From positions 48,537 through 112,536 of the forward strand of contig JADBLN010000102.1 in the NCBI GenBank assembly GCA_014894455.1: 64,000 bases of DNA, written 5' to 3'. This document shows positions 43,411 to 53,430 of this stretch, piece by piece. Position numbers and translations under genes: made by a program. The first letter of the stretch is position 1, and each line of letters begins with the position of its first letter. Under the pieces are notes generated by a model. It did not search any database and was not told the DNA's origin. It worked only from the letters and a program-made list of their open reading frames with translations. This stretch comes from Acidobacteriota bacterium (lineage in GTDB: Bacteria; Acidobacteriota; Aminicenantia; Aminicenantales; Saccharicenantaceae).

Positions 43411-44271
43411 GTGCGAGCGCGCTCCCGCAGCCTTCTCGAGATCCACCTGGCCGTCTTCCTGTTCGGCTTCCCGGGGCTATTCGGGAAATGGCTCGCCCTC
43501 TCCCCCCCAATCATCGTTTTCGGCAGGGTCCTTTTTGCTTCCCTGGCGCTCCTCGCGGTCATGGGCTTCGGGCGGCGTTCGTTCCGGATCGTCCCGCGCC
43601 GGGACCTGGTCCTCCTCGCCGTCTGCGGGCTCGCCCTGGCCGCCCACTGGACGATGTTCTTCAAGGCCGTCCAGGTCTCCTCGGTGGCCGTCGGCCTCCT
43701 CGCCTATGCGAGCTTTCCGGTCTTTACGGTCTTTCTGGAACCGCTGCTGACGAGGGAACGCTGGGACCCGGCGAGCCTTGTCTTTGCCCTCATCTGCGTC
43801 CTGGGCATAGGCCTGATCATTCCCCGCTTCGACCTGGCCGACGCCGTCGTCCGCGGCGTCCTCTGGGGGCTCGGGGCGGGGCTGACATTTTCGGTCCTGT
43901 CGGTCCTCAACCGGGTCCTGGCCTCGCGGCAGTCGAGCCTGGCCGTGGCCTTCTACCAGGACCTCTTCGCCGCCCTCTTCCTATTGCCGGCCGTCGTCCG
44001 GGCCGACCTCGCACTTTCGTTGCGGGACGGGGCGCTTATCGCCGTACTCGGCGTTTTCTTCACGGCGGGGGCCCACACCCTATTTATCGACGGAATGAGG
44101 GAAGTCCGGGCCAGGACGGCGAGCATCCTGAGCTCGCTCGAGCCGGTTTACGGCATCCTGCTCGCCCTGCTCTTCCTTAAAGAAAGCCCCTCCTTGAGAA
44201 CGATCTCGGGAGGGGCGGTCGTTCTGGCAGCCGCGCTCGTCGCCACGGTCCGGGCGCGGCGAACGTCTTAG
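43411..44271 (+). CDS. EamA/DMT family transporter
   Basis: 286 aa, 10 TM helices. GTG start 7 nt after a TATAAT hexamer (43399-43404), possibly leaderless. Confidence 0.65.
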   Translation: MRARSRSLLEIHLAVFLFGFPGLFGKWLALSPPIIVFGRVLFASLALLAVMGFGRRSFRIVPRRDLVLLAVCGLALAAHWTMFFKAVQVSSVAVGLLAYASFPVFTVFLEPLLTRERWDPASLVFALICVLGIGLIIPRFDLADAVVRGVLWGLGAGLTFSVLSVLNRVLASRQSSLAVAFYQDLFAALFLLPAVVRADLALSLRDGALIAVLGVFFTAGAHTLFIDGMREVRARTASILSSLEPVYGILLALLFLKESPSLRTISGGAVVLAAALVATVRARRTS

Positions 44272-45440
44272 TTCTTGTCGATCTTCTTCTTGACCGGCGC
44301 TTTCTTCGTCTTCGCTTCTTCCGTCTTCTGCCGCTCCGTCATCTCGGCCTTCTCTTCCTCGTGCCTTTTCTTCAACTCGAGGATCTTCGACTTGACCCGG
44401 CCGTCCACCTTCTTCTTTTCATCGGGAGTTTGGATCTTCGCCTTCTCGTCATCGGCCTTGCGCTGGATCTCGTTGATCTCGGAGTCCTGGCTCTCCTGCA
44501 TGAGCTTCGTTTCCTGCTCGTGGGCCCGGCGCAGGGCGGCGCTTTCGCCGCGGGGAACACGGCGGAAAATACTGACACCCTGCTCGTTATCGACCTGTTC
44601 TGCGGCCCTTTCCTGATCGATGACCTGCTTCGGTTTGGACGCTTCGTTTCGGGAGACTTTGGGTTTGTAAATGATCACGTCGTTGCCCTCGACCCGTTCT
44701 CCTCCCGCCTGCGGCGCTTCCTTCAGCGCGTACTTGTCGACGGTGCGGTTGGTCCACCGGCGGACCTGGTCGACGTCCACGCCGTCATTGACCACCCTGT
44801 TGTCGCGAACGTTGACGTTGACGTTGAGGACGGTCAGGTTGACGATGTTGACGTTTCGCTCGACCGGCAGGATCCGGCGGTCGAGCGACCGGTCCAAGAA
44901 ATCACGGCCGCGGACGAAATTCCAGTGGTGGCCGGGGATGTCCCAATCGCGCCTGTCGAAACCGCGTCCGGGGTGGAAGTCCACGCCGGGCGGAAGAGGC
45001 GCCCATCCGATATGCGTGTCACCCCATCTCCAAGCCACCCAGGCCGGGCCCCAAACGACGTCGGGAACCCAGAACCAGCCCATCCGCCTGTCCCAACCCC
45101 AACGGCCGTAATGATAGGCGATCCAGCCCCAGCGCTCGAGGGAAACCCACGTCCACCCGTAATCCGTCCAGGCCCAGTGCCCCCTCGAATAGGGACGCCA
45201 CTTGTAGCCTACGTCCCGGGGGATCCAGACGTATCCAAAAGGAGAATTGGACACCCAAATTCCATACGGCTGAAGCTGATCATAAAAGTACGATGTGTCC
45301 AGGTCGCCGTAAGGGGACCTGTCGGCCTGGTACGCGTTTTCTTGAGGCGGTCTCGGCTGGGATTCGTCGTAGGGAACGTAGACTATACAACCCGCGCTCA
45401 TCAGAATGACGAGAATCAGGAAGCCCAGGATCTTTTTCAT
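44268..45440 (-). CDS. Trp/Gly-rich repeat lipoprotein with Lys/Glu-rich C-terminal tail
   Basis: 390 aa. Lipoprotein signal (LMSAGC). Central region full of W/G/Y repeat units (GYVWIP, WGWIAYHYGRWGW, WVAWRWG). Highly charged tail predicted coiled coil. GGAGGAG RBS. Confidence 0.6.
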   Translation of the reverse strand: MKKILGFLILVILMSAGCIVYVPYDESQPRPPQENAYQADRSPYGDLDTSYFYDQLQPYGIWVSNSPFGYVWIPRDVGYKWRPYSRGHWAWTDYGWTWVSLERWGWIAYHYGRWGWDRRMGWFWVPDVVWGPAWVAWRWGDTHIGWAPLPPGVDFHPGRGFDRRDWDIPGHHWNFVRGRDFLDRSLDRRILPVERNVNIVNLTVLNVNVNVRDNRVVNDGVDVDQVRRWTNRTVDKYALKEAPQAGGERVEGNDVIIYKPKVSRNEASKPKQVIDQERAAEQVDNEQGVSIFRRVPRGESAALRRAHEQETKLMQESQDSEINEIQRKADDEKAKIQTPDEKKKVDGRVKSKILELKKRHEEEKAEMTERQKTEEAKTKKAPVKKKIDKN

Positions 45441-45561
45441 CTCGCTCCTCCTAAACCGCTAATTTGCAAGGAATATGCCAAGCCTATTTCAGGCAGTTCA
45501 AAAGGCCGCGGCGGGTGCGGTTTGTCCTAAAAAACGGACAACCGTAACCCCGTTGCCCGCA

Positions 45562-46767
45562 TCAGGCCAACCTTTTGAAGACGGTCTTGATGCGCTTGAT
45601 GGCCCAGTTGAGATCCTTCTCCCTGATGATGAGCGGAGGAGCCAAGCGGATGACGTTGTCGTGGGTTTCCTTGCAGAGGAGGCCTTCCTTCATCAATTCC
45701 TCGCAGAACCGCCGGGCGCCGCCGGCCGCCGGATGGAGCTCGATGCCGATGAGAAGTCCCCGGCCGCGGATCTCCTTGATGTGCCGGCTGCGGACCTTGC
45801 GCAGCTTCTCCATGAAGGACTGGCCACGCTCGGCCGCGTTCTCGACGAGCTTTTCCTCCCTGATGACGCGCAGGCTTTCCCGGGCCACGGCGCAGCCGAG
45901 GGGGTTCCCCCCGAAGGTCGAACCGTGCTCGCCGGGCTTGAAGACGCCGAGGATCTCCCGGTCGGCCAGGACCGCGGAGACGGGATAGCACCCGCCGCCC
46001 AAGGACTTGCCGATGACAACCATGTCGGGCCGGACGCCCTCGTACTCGCAGGCGAAAAGCTTTCCCGTCCGGCCGAGCCCCGTCTGGATCTCGTCGGCGA
46101 TGAAGAGGACGTTGTTTCTTTTGCAGATCTCGGCGGCTTTCTTGAGGAAACCGTCGGGCGGGATGAGGATGCCGGCTTCGGCCTGGATGGGTTCGACGAG
46201 AAATGCGGCCGTGTTCGGGGTGATGGCCTTCTCCAGGGCATCGGCGTCGCCGAAGGGGATGATAGTGAAGCCGGGCGTGAAGGGGCCGAAATCCTGGCGA
46301 TAAAGAGGTTCTGTCGAGAAACTGATGACCGTGACGGTACGGCCATGGAAATTGTTGGCGCAGACGATGATCTCGGCCCTGTCCTGGGGAACGCCCTTGT
46401 TCATGTAAGCCCACTTGCGCGCCGTCTTGACGGCGGTTTCGACGGCCTCGGCCCCCGAGTTCATGGGCAGGACCATGGAGTAGCCCGTCATCTCGCAGAC
46501 CTCTTTGGCCAGCATCGGCCACTGGTCGTTGCGGAAGGCCCGGGAGGTCAGGGTCAGCTTGCGGGCCTGTTCGACGAGGGCCCGGACGATCCGGGGATGC
46601 CGGTGGCCCTGGTTGACGGCGGAATAGGCGCTCAGGCAATCGAGGTACTTGCGGCCTTCGACGTCATGCATCCAGATCCCCAGGGCTTTGCCGATAACGA
46701 CGTCGAGGGGATGGTAGTTGTGGGCCCCGTAAAGGTCTTCCACCACGATGAGGTCTTTGCTGTCCAT
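45562..46767 (-). CDS. rocD: ornithine--oxo-acid aminotransferase
   Basis: 401 aa. Class-III aminotransferase, OAT-like throughout, with the PLP lysine region. AAGGAG RBS. Confidence 0.85.
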   Translation of the reverse strand: MDSKDLIVVEDLYGAHNYHPLDVVIGKALGIWMHDVEGRKYLDCLSAYSAVNQGHRHPRIVRALVEQARKLTLTSRAFRNDQWPMLAKEVCEMTGYSMVLPMNSGAEAVETAVKTARKWAYMNKGVPQDRAEIIVCANNFHGRTVTVISFSTEPLYRQDFGPFTPGFTIIPFGDADALEKAITPNTAAFLVEPIQAEAGILIPPDGFLKKAAEICKRNNVLFIADEIQTGLGRTGKLFACEYEGVRPDMVVIGKSLGGGCYPVSAVLADREILGVFKPGEHGSTFGGNPLGCAVARESLRVIREEKLVENAAERGQSFMEKLRKVRSRHIKEIRGRGLLIGIELHPAAGGARRFCEELMKEGLLCKETHDNVIRLAPPLIIREKDLNWAIKRIKTVFKRLA

Positions 46768-46817
46768 GTCTTGTCTCCTTCATTTTTTATTCGCCCGGTA
46801 TTCTTTCGCCACGTGAA

Positions 46818-46909
<92 letters not shown>

Positions 46910-47093
46910 GTTCCTCTGGTCCGAAAATCAACTCCTTCGACTCCCCGGTCTGAAGCCCGGGATATGCTCAGGGTTAATACTGAGCACCACCCGCCCCGCT
47001 TAAAAAAGCGCCGTGGGTGGTGTCGAACGTATCAACGGGCTGTGGCGATAACGTTATCAGAAAAGGCACGTCGGGTCAACGCGCACCGGGCTC

Positions 47094-48128
47094 TTAGAAC
47101 GCGGGCCGGTAGATGTTGATGATGTCCTTGAGGAGGGCGGCCGCAGCGCCGCGCGGGTTGGACCTCCCGCCCGTCACCGTCACCGAGCCCATGGAGTCCG
47201 TGAGGAAAGTGATCCCTTTTTCGGTCCCGTTGACGTTGGCGAGCGGATGCGTCGCCTCGATGAGAGAGGGCCTGACGTCGAGGCTCCATTTCCCGGCTTG
47301 CCTCTTGGGAGAGGCCGTGGCCAAAAGCTTGACGGACCGCCCTTCCCTCCGGGCGGACTGGACGAAATCGACCGACACCCCGGCGATGCCGCGCACCTGG
47401 ACGTCCTTAAGCCCATAATCCGCGTCGAGGCAGGCGTTGGTGATGATCAGGATCTTGCTGGCCGTGTCCCAGCCGTCGACGTCGTGGGCCGGGTCGGGTT
47501 CGGCGATCCCTCTAGCCTGGGCCTCCTGCAGCGCTTCCGCGTAGTCCAGCCCCTCCCCCATGCGGGTCAGGATGTAGTTGGTCGTTCCGTTGAGGATGCC
47601 CTGGATGCCCTCGATCCGGGCGCCGGCGAGGGAGAAGAGGCCGACGTCGAGGGTCGGCAGGGCAGCCGCGGTGGCTCCGCTTAACTTGAGAAACACGCCT
47701 TTCTCCGCGGCCAGAGCCTTGAGCGCCGGGAAGCCGACGACCAAGGCCCCCTTGCTGGCGGCGACGGCATGCCAGCCGCCGTGAAAGGCGCCCGTGATAT
47801 AGGACAGGCCGGGTTCTCCCGTCTCCAGGTTGGAGAGCGTGCATTCGACGAGGCATCCGCCCGGCCCCGTTTCTTCGATGATGTCCGCGACCTTCATCTC
47901 CGCGCGCCAGGACGGATTGCCGGAGGTCCAGGGCTCCCCGCCCTGGGAAATTTGCCGGACTTCGAGAGGCCCGCCGGAATAGAAGCAGCCCTCCGCCTGG
48001 GCCACGGCCAGGACGTCGAGCGCAAGTCCGTAGCGGCGTTTGAGGTCCTCCTTTTTTTCCCGCATGAGCGAAAAGAAGGCCCGGCCGACGTTGCCGAAAC
48101 CCGTGACGACCAGAGGGACGGTTTTCAT
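47094..48128 (-). CDS. hom: homoserine dehydrogenase family protein (no ACT domain)
   Basis: About 344 aa from the ATG at 48128. The upstream ATG at 48149 would abut the tRNA 3' end. N-terminal GFGNVGR NAD(P)-binding motif and HSDH catalytic domain. Confidence 0.7.
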   Translation of the reverse strand: MKTVPLVVTGFGNVGRAFFSLMREKKEDLKRRYGLALDVLAVAQAEGCFYSGGPLEVRQISQGGEPWTSGNPSWRAEMKVADIIEETGPGGCLVECTLSNLETGEPGLSYITGAFHGGWHAVAASKGALVVGFPALKALAAEKGVFLKLSGATAAALPTLDVGLFSLAGARIEGIQGILNGTTNYILTRMGEGLDYAEALQEAQARGIAEPDPAHDVDGWDTASKILIITNACLDADYGLKDVQVRGIAGVSVDFVQSARREGRSVKLLATASPKRQAGKWSLDVRPSLIEATHPLANVNGTEKGITFLTDSMGSVTVTGGRSNPRGAAAALLKDIINIYRPAF

Positions 48129-48148
48129 GGGCGCACTTTTATTTTCCA

Positions 48149-48240
48149 TGGCGGAGAGGGCGGGATTCGAACCCGCGATCCCAATCGCTCGAGATAACGG
48201 TTTTCGAGACCGTCGCCTTCAACCACTCGGCCACCTCTCC
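48149..48240 (-). tRNA. tRNA-Ser (anticodon CGA)
   Basis: 92 nt. GGAGAGGTGGCCGAGTGGTTGAAGGCG 5' half, anticodon loop CTCGAAA, long variable arm, encoded CCA. Confidence 0.85.
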
Positions 48241-48284
48241 GCAATAACGGGACACGAGAAGAGCTTGGATTATAGCCGAAATCG

Positions 48285-48734
48285 CTATTTCTTTCTACGG
48301 GCGCGGAAGAAGTCGCGGAGGCGCTTGGCGCACTCGTCGGCCAGGATGCCGCCGACGATTTCGGGCCTGTGATTGGCTCGCTCGAAAGGGAACTTCATGA
48401 TCGACGAGACGGCGCCGGCCTTGGGGTCGAGCGCGCCGAAAACAAGGCGTCGGATGCGGGCCTGGACGAGGGCGCCAAGGCACATCGCGCAGGGCTCGAC
48501 GGTCACGTAGAGGTCGCAGTCCGGCAGGCGGTAGTTTCCGGCCTTCCCGGCCGCCTTGCGAAGGGCGACGATCTCGGCGTGGGCCGTGGGGTCCGAATTC
48601 TCAATAGGCTTATTATGGCCCCGGGCGACGATACGGCCGGCCCGGACGACGACGGCGCCGACGGGGACCTCCCCTGCCATCGCGGCTTTGGCCGCTTCTT
48701 GCAGGGCTGCTTTCATGAAAACGGTGTCGTTCAT
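48285..48734 (-). CDS. tadA: tRNA-specific adenosine deaminase
   Basis: 149 aa. CDA fold with HAE...PCxxC zinc motifs (HAEIVAL, VEPCAMC). Confidence 0.85.
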   Translation of the reverse strand: MNDTVFMKAALQEAAKAAMAGEVPVGAVVVRAGRIVARGHNKPIENSDPTAHAEIVALRKAAGKAGNYRLPDCDLYVTVEPCAMCLGALVQARIRRLVFGALDPKAGAVSSIMKFPFERANHRPEIVGGILADECAKRLRDFFRARRKK

Positions 48735-48873
48735 GGCCAGTGGATTTTACTCCGGAACGTCTCTCTCTCGCAATCATCGGGCTCTCGCCCGCAGCAGCTG
48801 GTTCTCGATTTGCATAGGCACGGCTCCCCGTTTCGGTTTATAATCGGGGGGACCTTCCGGCAGGAGAAAAGAT

Positions 48874-50082
48874 ATGGACAGGTTCGAATGTCTCATCTGC
48901 GGCCCGGTCGCCTCGCGCGACCCCTACTCCCCTTTCTGCCCCGGTTGCGCCGAACCCTTATTCCTTGTCCCCGCCGCCCGCTCCGGCGGGAAGATCATCC
49001 ATGAGGACCGGCCGCTCGCGCTCGAGAGATTCGCCGATTTCCTGCCACTCGACGGCATCGACCCCGGCCTGAGCCTGGGCGAAGGCATGACGCCGCTTGT
49101 CCGCCTCGGGCGCACCGGGGCGGCCATGGGGCTTGCGGCCGTCTACGCGAAAAACGAGGCCCAAAACCCCACGGGGAGCTTCAAGGACCGCGGCACAGCC
49201 GTGGCCGTCCAAAAGGCCGTTTCCCTGGGCATCAAGCGCATCGGGACGGTTTCGACGGGAAACATGGCCGCTTCGACGGCCGCCTATGGCGCCCGGGCCG
49301 GCCTGGAGACGTTCGTCCTCCTCAAGGAAGGGACCGCCGTGACCAGCCTCAAGGCCGCCGGCATTCACGGTCCCCGGCTCATCGCCGTCGAAGGGGACTA
49401 CGGGAGCCTCTTCCGGGCCAGCCTCGATGTCGGCAAGAGACTCGGCATTTCGTTCATGAACTCCATCGACCCCTACCGCATGGAAGGCTACAAGCTCACC
49501 GCGTTCGAGATCTACCTCCAGATGGGGCGGCGCTCTCCCCGTTTCCTTTTCGTGCCCTTGAGCTCGGGCGGCCACCTCCTCGGCCTCATGCGGGCCTTCG
49601 AAGACCTTGAGCGGGAAAAGCTGATCGCGACTTATCCCACCTTCGTCGGAGTCCAGGCCCAGGGCTGCGCCCCTCTCGCCACCGCCTTTGCCGCAGGGCT
49701 CGATAGATATGAAAGACCCGCCGAAGTCCGCACGATCGCCCACGCCATCTCCAACCCCACCCCTCCGGCCGGGAACGCCGTTCTTCGCCTGATCCATGAC
49801 CACAAGGGCATTCTTCTCGCCGTGACGGACGAGGAAATGCTCGAGGCCCAGCGGGAGCTGGCCGCCGCCGAGGGCCTCTTCTGCCAGCCCGAGTCCGCGA
49901 CGACCCTCGCCGCCCTGAAGAAACTCGTCGCGGCCGGACGGATCGCTGAAAAGAGCGGAGACGCCGTGCTCGTCCTCACCGGGAGCGGCCTCAAGACGCC
50001 CCACCTCCTCGAATCCGTCCCCGTAGAAATCCACAGAATCCCCCTGTCCGGGCTCGAGTCATGCCTCTCGCGCCTGTTTTAG
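48874..50082 (+). CDS. thrC: threonine synthase with N-terminal zinc-ribbon
   Basis: 402 aa. N-terminal C-x2-C...C-x2-C. PLP fold-type II with the SFKDRG lysine motif. Confidence 0.8.
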   Translation: MDRFECLICGPVASRDPYSPFCPGCAEPLFLVPAARSGGKIIHEDRPLALERFADFLPLDGIDPGLSLGEGMTPLVRLGRTGAAMGLAAVYAKNEAQNPTGSFKDRGTAVAVQKAVSLGIKRIGTVSTGNMAASTAAYGARAGLETFVLLKEGTAVTSLKAAGIHGPRLIAVEGDYGSLFRASLDVGKRLGISFMNSIDPYRMEGYKLTAFEIYLQMGRRSPRFLFVPLSSGGHLLGLMRAFEDLEREKLIATYPTFVGVQAQGCAPLATAFAAGLDRYERPAEVRTIAHAISNPTPPAGNAVLRLIHDHKGILLAVTDEEMLEAQRELAAAEGLFCQPESATTLAALKKLVAAGRIAEKSGDAVLVLTGSGLKTPHLLESVPVEIHRIPLSGLESCLSRLF

Positions 50083-50155
50083 CCGGCAATGTGCTATCAT
50101 AGGCCGGCCAGCCCGGATTCGCGCCGGCAATTACATCCTTTCAAGCGAGGTCGAC

Positions 50156-51136
50156 ATGGCTTATGACTTTCAATCCATCCCGCGGCCCGAATGGCCGAAA
50201 ATCCCGCCCAAGGTCGTGAAGGGGGTCCTCCTGGGACTCGCCTTAATCACTCTTCTCTGGGGGTCCTTCTACCAGGTCAGCCCCGAGGAGATGGGCGTCA
50301 TCCTCCGTTTAGGTAAATTCGTAAGGTCTACCGAGCCGGGCCTTCACATGAAACTCCCCCTGGGCATCGAGCGGCTGACCCGTGTCCCGGTCCAGCGGCA
50401 GCTCAAGCAGGAGTTCGGCTTCCGGACCGTGCGCGCCGGGATCAATTCCGAGTACGCCACCACCGCCGAAACCAAGGGTGAATCGGTCATGCTCACCGGC
50501 GACCTCAACGTCGTCGACGCCGAGTGGATCGTCCAGTACAAGATCAAGGACCCGTATCTTTTCCTGTTCAAGATGCGGGAAGCGGAGGCGACCTTCCGCG
50601 ACATGACCGAGGCCATCGTCCGGCGCGTCGTCGGCGACAGCGCCGTCGACGAGGTCATCACCGTCGGCCGGACCCGCATCGCCGATGAAGCCAAGTCCCT
50701 CCTCCAGCAGCTCTGCGACGCCTACGAGATCGGCATCGAAGTCAACCAGCTCATCTTCCAGGACGTCAACCCGCCCGAAACCGTCAAGCCCTCATTCAAC
50801 GACGTCAACGAGGCCCTCCAGGAGAAAGAGAAGAAGATCAACGAATCCTGGGCCGAGTACAACCAGGTGATCCCCAGGGCGGCGGGCGAGGCCGAGCAGG
50901 TGCTTCGCGGCGCCGAGGGATACGCCACGGAAAGGGTCAACAACGCCGCCGGCGACGCCAGCCGGTTCTCCGCGGTCTACAGAGAATACGCCAAGGCCCC
51001 CGCTGTCACCCGAAAGCGGCTTTACCTCGAGGCTCTCAACGACATCCTGCCTAAGATCACCAAAAAAATCGTCGTCGACCAAAACCAGAGAAATGTCCTG
51101 CCCCTTCTGAACTTGGGCGAGGAGGTGAAGAAGTGA
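50156..51136 (+). CDS. hflK: FtsH protease modulator HflK (SPFH/band 7)
   Basis: 326 aa. Single N-terminal TM plus SPFH domain. Followed by hflC. Confidence 0.85.
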   Translation: MAYDFQSIPRPEWPKIPPKVVKGVLLGLALITLLWGSFYQVSPEEMGVILRLGKFVRSTEPGLHMKLPLGIERLTRVPVQRQLKQEFGFRTVRAGINSEYATTAETKGESVMLTGDLNVVDAEWIVQYKIKDPYLFLFKMREAEATFRDMTEAIVRRVVGDSAVDEVITVGRTRIADEAKSLLQQLCDAYEIGIEVNQLIFQDVNPPETVKPSFNDVNEALQEKEKKINESWAEYNQVIPRAAGEAEQVLRGAEGYATERVNNAAGDASRFSAVYREYAKAPAVTRKRLYLEALNDILPKITKKIVVDQNQRNVLPLLNLGEEVKK

Positions 51137-52083
51137 ACACCAAGAACACGACCCTCCTCGTCGTCATCATCGGGGCGCTTCTCCTCGGGCTCCTCGTCCT
51201 CCTGGACTCCGTCTATGTCGTTTCCGAAACGGACCAGGTCATCATCACCCAGTTCGGCGAGCCGATGGGCGGGGCGATCACGACCGCCGGCCTGCATTTC
51301 AAAACACCGTTCATCCAGAAAACCCACTTTTTCGACAAGCGCTGGCTCCAGTGGGACGGCGACCCCAACCAGATCCCGACCAAGGACAAGAAGTACATCT
51401 GGATCGATACCTATTGCCGCTGGCGGATCAGCGACCCTCTCGTTTTCTTTCAGCGCGTCCGAGATGAGCGGGGCGCCCACAGCCGCCTCGACGACATCGT
51501 CGACGGTGAGACCCGCAACACCATCGCCAACTTCGATCTCATCGAGATCATCCGGAGTTCGAATCGCGACTTCGAGCTGACCGAGGACGCCGCGCTGCTC
51601 GATTTCTCGGAGGTCGTCGGCAAGATCGTCACGGGCCGCGAAAAGCTGTCCAAGATCATCCTCGAAAACGCGGCCAAGATCACGCAAGAGTTCGGCGTAG
51701 AGCTCAAGGACGTCCAGGTCAAGCGCGTCAACTACGTCGACGAAGTCCAGCGCAAGGTCTTCGACCGGATGATCGCCGAGCGGAAGAGGATCGCCTCCAA
51801 GTACAGGTCGGAGGGCGACGGCAAGAGCGCCGAGATCAGCGGCCAGAAGGAACGGGAGCTGAAGCGGATCGTCTCCGAGGCCTATCGGAAAGCCCAGGAG
51901 ATCAAGGGCAAGGCCGACGCTGAAGCAACCAAGATCTACGCCCAGGCCTACAACCTCGACCCCGAATTCTACCAGTTCCTCAAGACCCTCGAAACCTACC
52001 GGGCGGCTCTTGAAAAGGACACCTGGCTCATCCTGTCGACGGACAGCGAGTTCTTTAAATACTTGAAAAGCGCGGGTCGATAG
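51133..52083 (+). CDS. hflC: FtsH protease modulator HflC (SPFH/band 7)
   Basis: 316 aa, GTG start overlapping the hflK stop. SPFH domain. Confidence 0.85.
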   Translation: MNTKNTTLLVVIIGALLLGLLVLLDSVYVVSETDQVIITQFGEPMGGAITTAGLHFKTPFIQKTHFFDKRWLQWDGDPNQIPTKDKKYIWIDTYCRWRISDPLVFFQRVRDERGAHSRLDDIVDGETRNTIANFDLIEIIRSSNRDFELTEDAALLDFSEVVGKIVTGREKLSKIILENAAKITQEFGVELKDVQVKRVNYVDEVQRKVFDRMIAERKRIASKYRSEGDGKSAEISGQKERELKRIVSEAYRKAQEIKGKADAEATKIYAQAYNLDPEFYQFLKTLETYRAALEKDTWLILSTDSEFFKYLKSAGR

Positions 52084-52089
52084 GGCTGG

Positions 52090-52113
52090 GAACGTCCGCC
52101 GTTCAGGATTTTT
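52090..52113 (+). terminator. intrinsic terminator after hflKC
   Basis: GAACG-tccgc-CGTTC hairpin followed by TTTTT (52109-52113). Overlaps the stop of the convergent gene. Confidence 0.4.
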
Positions 52114-53182
52114 CGGCCAGGCAGTCGACGATCTTCTCCCGGTTGGGGAAGAGGGCCGGCGTACCGCCCGTGTGGAGGAAGACGATCCTGTCCGTCTTCT
52201 TGAAAAAGCCCGTCTTGACGAGATCGATAAGGCCCATCATGGCCTTGGCCGTATAGACCGGGTCGAGGACGATGCCTTCCGTCTGGAAGACCAGCCGGAT
52301 CGTTTCGGCGACTCCCTTGTCGACGACCCCGTAGCCTTCCCCCAGGTACTCGTCGAAGACGACGACATCCTCCGACCTGACGTCCAGGCCGAGCCCGAGC
52401 ACCTCATCCGTGGCCCGGGCTATTTCGAGCACGTCGACGGCGAAAGGCCCCTTCGGGTCGGAAACACTGATGCCGATGACCCGACAGCCGTCCGTGAGGG
52501 CCCGGGCGCCGACGACGAGCCCCGCCTGCGTTCCGCCGGAGCCGGTGGAATGGACGACGTAATCGGGCTCTATCCCGCCGGCCCTCATCCCGTCCACGAT
52601 TTCGGCGAAGGCGGCGACATAGCTCACCGCGCCCAGGGGTTTGTCCATGTCCCCCCGGACAAGGGACCCTCCCACGGGCACGAGGTAGGGGCGGTGTCCT
52701 TGTCCCCTGGCCTCCCTGGCCACTTCTTCGAGGACGGACATCGCCTGGGCCGACTTGACGACCTTGCCTTTTTCCGCCTTCTGGATGCGGATGTCGGCGC
52801 CGAGGATGACGTCGAGGAGCAGGTTACCGTCGACCGCCGGTGGCAGGTCGTAGTTTTTGAAAAGGACGAGGACCGATTTGATGCCGAAAGTCCGGGCCGC
52901 CGCCGCCGTCTGCATGCACCAATTGGACTGGAGGCTGCCCCAGGTGATGGCGACATCGGCCCTTTTTTCGAGCATGTCCCGGATGATGAACTCGAGCTTG
53001 CGCGATTTGTTCCCTCCGAAAGCGAGGCCCGTCAAGTCGTCGCGCTTGACATAGATTTCGGGACCGCCGAGGCGGGCGGTCAACCGCTCGAGCTTCCGCA
53101 GCGGTGTCGGGCGGTGAATGAGGTCGACCCGGGGAAAGCGGCCGACCCGGCCGAGGACATCGTGGGTCTTGTGCGCTATCAT
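52103..53182 (-). CDS. PLP-dependent ACC deaminase / D-cysteine desulfhydrase family protein
   Basis: 359 aa. Fold-type II PLP enzyme with the GGNKSRK lysine motif. Confidence 0.75.
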   Translation of the reverse strand: MIAHKTHDVLGRVGRFPRVDLIHRPTPLRKLERLTARLGGPEIYVKRDDLTGLAFGGNKSRKLEFIIRDMLEKRADVAITWGSLQSNWCMQTAAAARTFGIKSVLVLFKNYDLPPAVDGNLLLDVILGADIRIQKAEKGKVVKSAQAMSVLEEVAREARGQGHRPYLVPVGGSLVRGDMDKPLGAVSYVAAFAEIVDGMRAGGIEPDYVVHSTGSGGTQAGLVVGARALTDGCRVIGISVSDPKGPFAVDVLEIARATDEVLGLGLDVRSEDVVVFDEYLGEGYGVVDKGVAETIRLVFQTEGIVLDPVYTAKAMMGLIDLVKTGFFKKTDRIVFLHTGGTPALFPNREKIVDCLAEKS

Positions 53183-53244
53183 CGAGCCTCCAGAGATCAG
53201 ATTAGCACGAATGGGGGCAGAAAAAAAGTACCCGCCCGGATCCG

Positions 53245-53430
53245 CTAGCCTTCCGGGAACGTGACCATGGCGGCTTCGGGCTCCTCCTCGAACAGGAGCG
53301 GCGTTACTCTATAGAAGCGCTTGCTCCCAACGCGCATGGCGAATAGGGCGGCGGCTGCGAAGGCCAGGAAAACGACTCCCCGACCCGGATTCATCAGTAT
53401 CGTCTTTTCGATGGCTGCCAGAGCCATCAT
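53245..53430 (-). CDS. small hypothetical membrane protein
   Basis: 61 aa. One hydrophobic helix and an acidic tail. No recognisable RBS. Low support. Confidence 0.25.
   Translation of the reverse strand: MMALAAIEKTILMNPGRGVVFLAFAAAALFAMRVGSKRFYRVTPLLFEEEPEAAMVTFPEG

Noticed and set aside
46910-47093. Nested inverted repeats (CACCACCCG...CGTGGGTGGTG, CGCTTaaaaAAGCG, TGCTCAG...CTGAGCA) between hom and tRNA-Ser(GGA)
   Set aside because: None has the stem plus U-run geometry of an intrinsic terminator on the transcribed strand. Function indeterminate, so not called as a feature.
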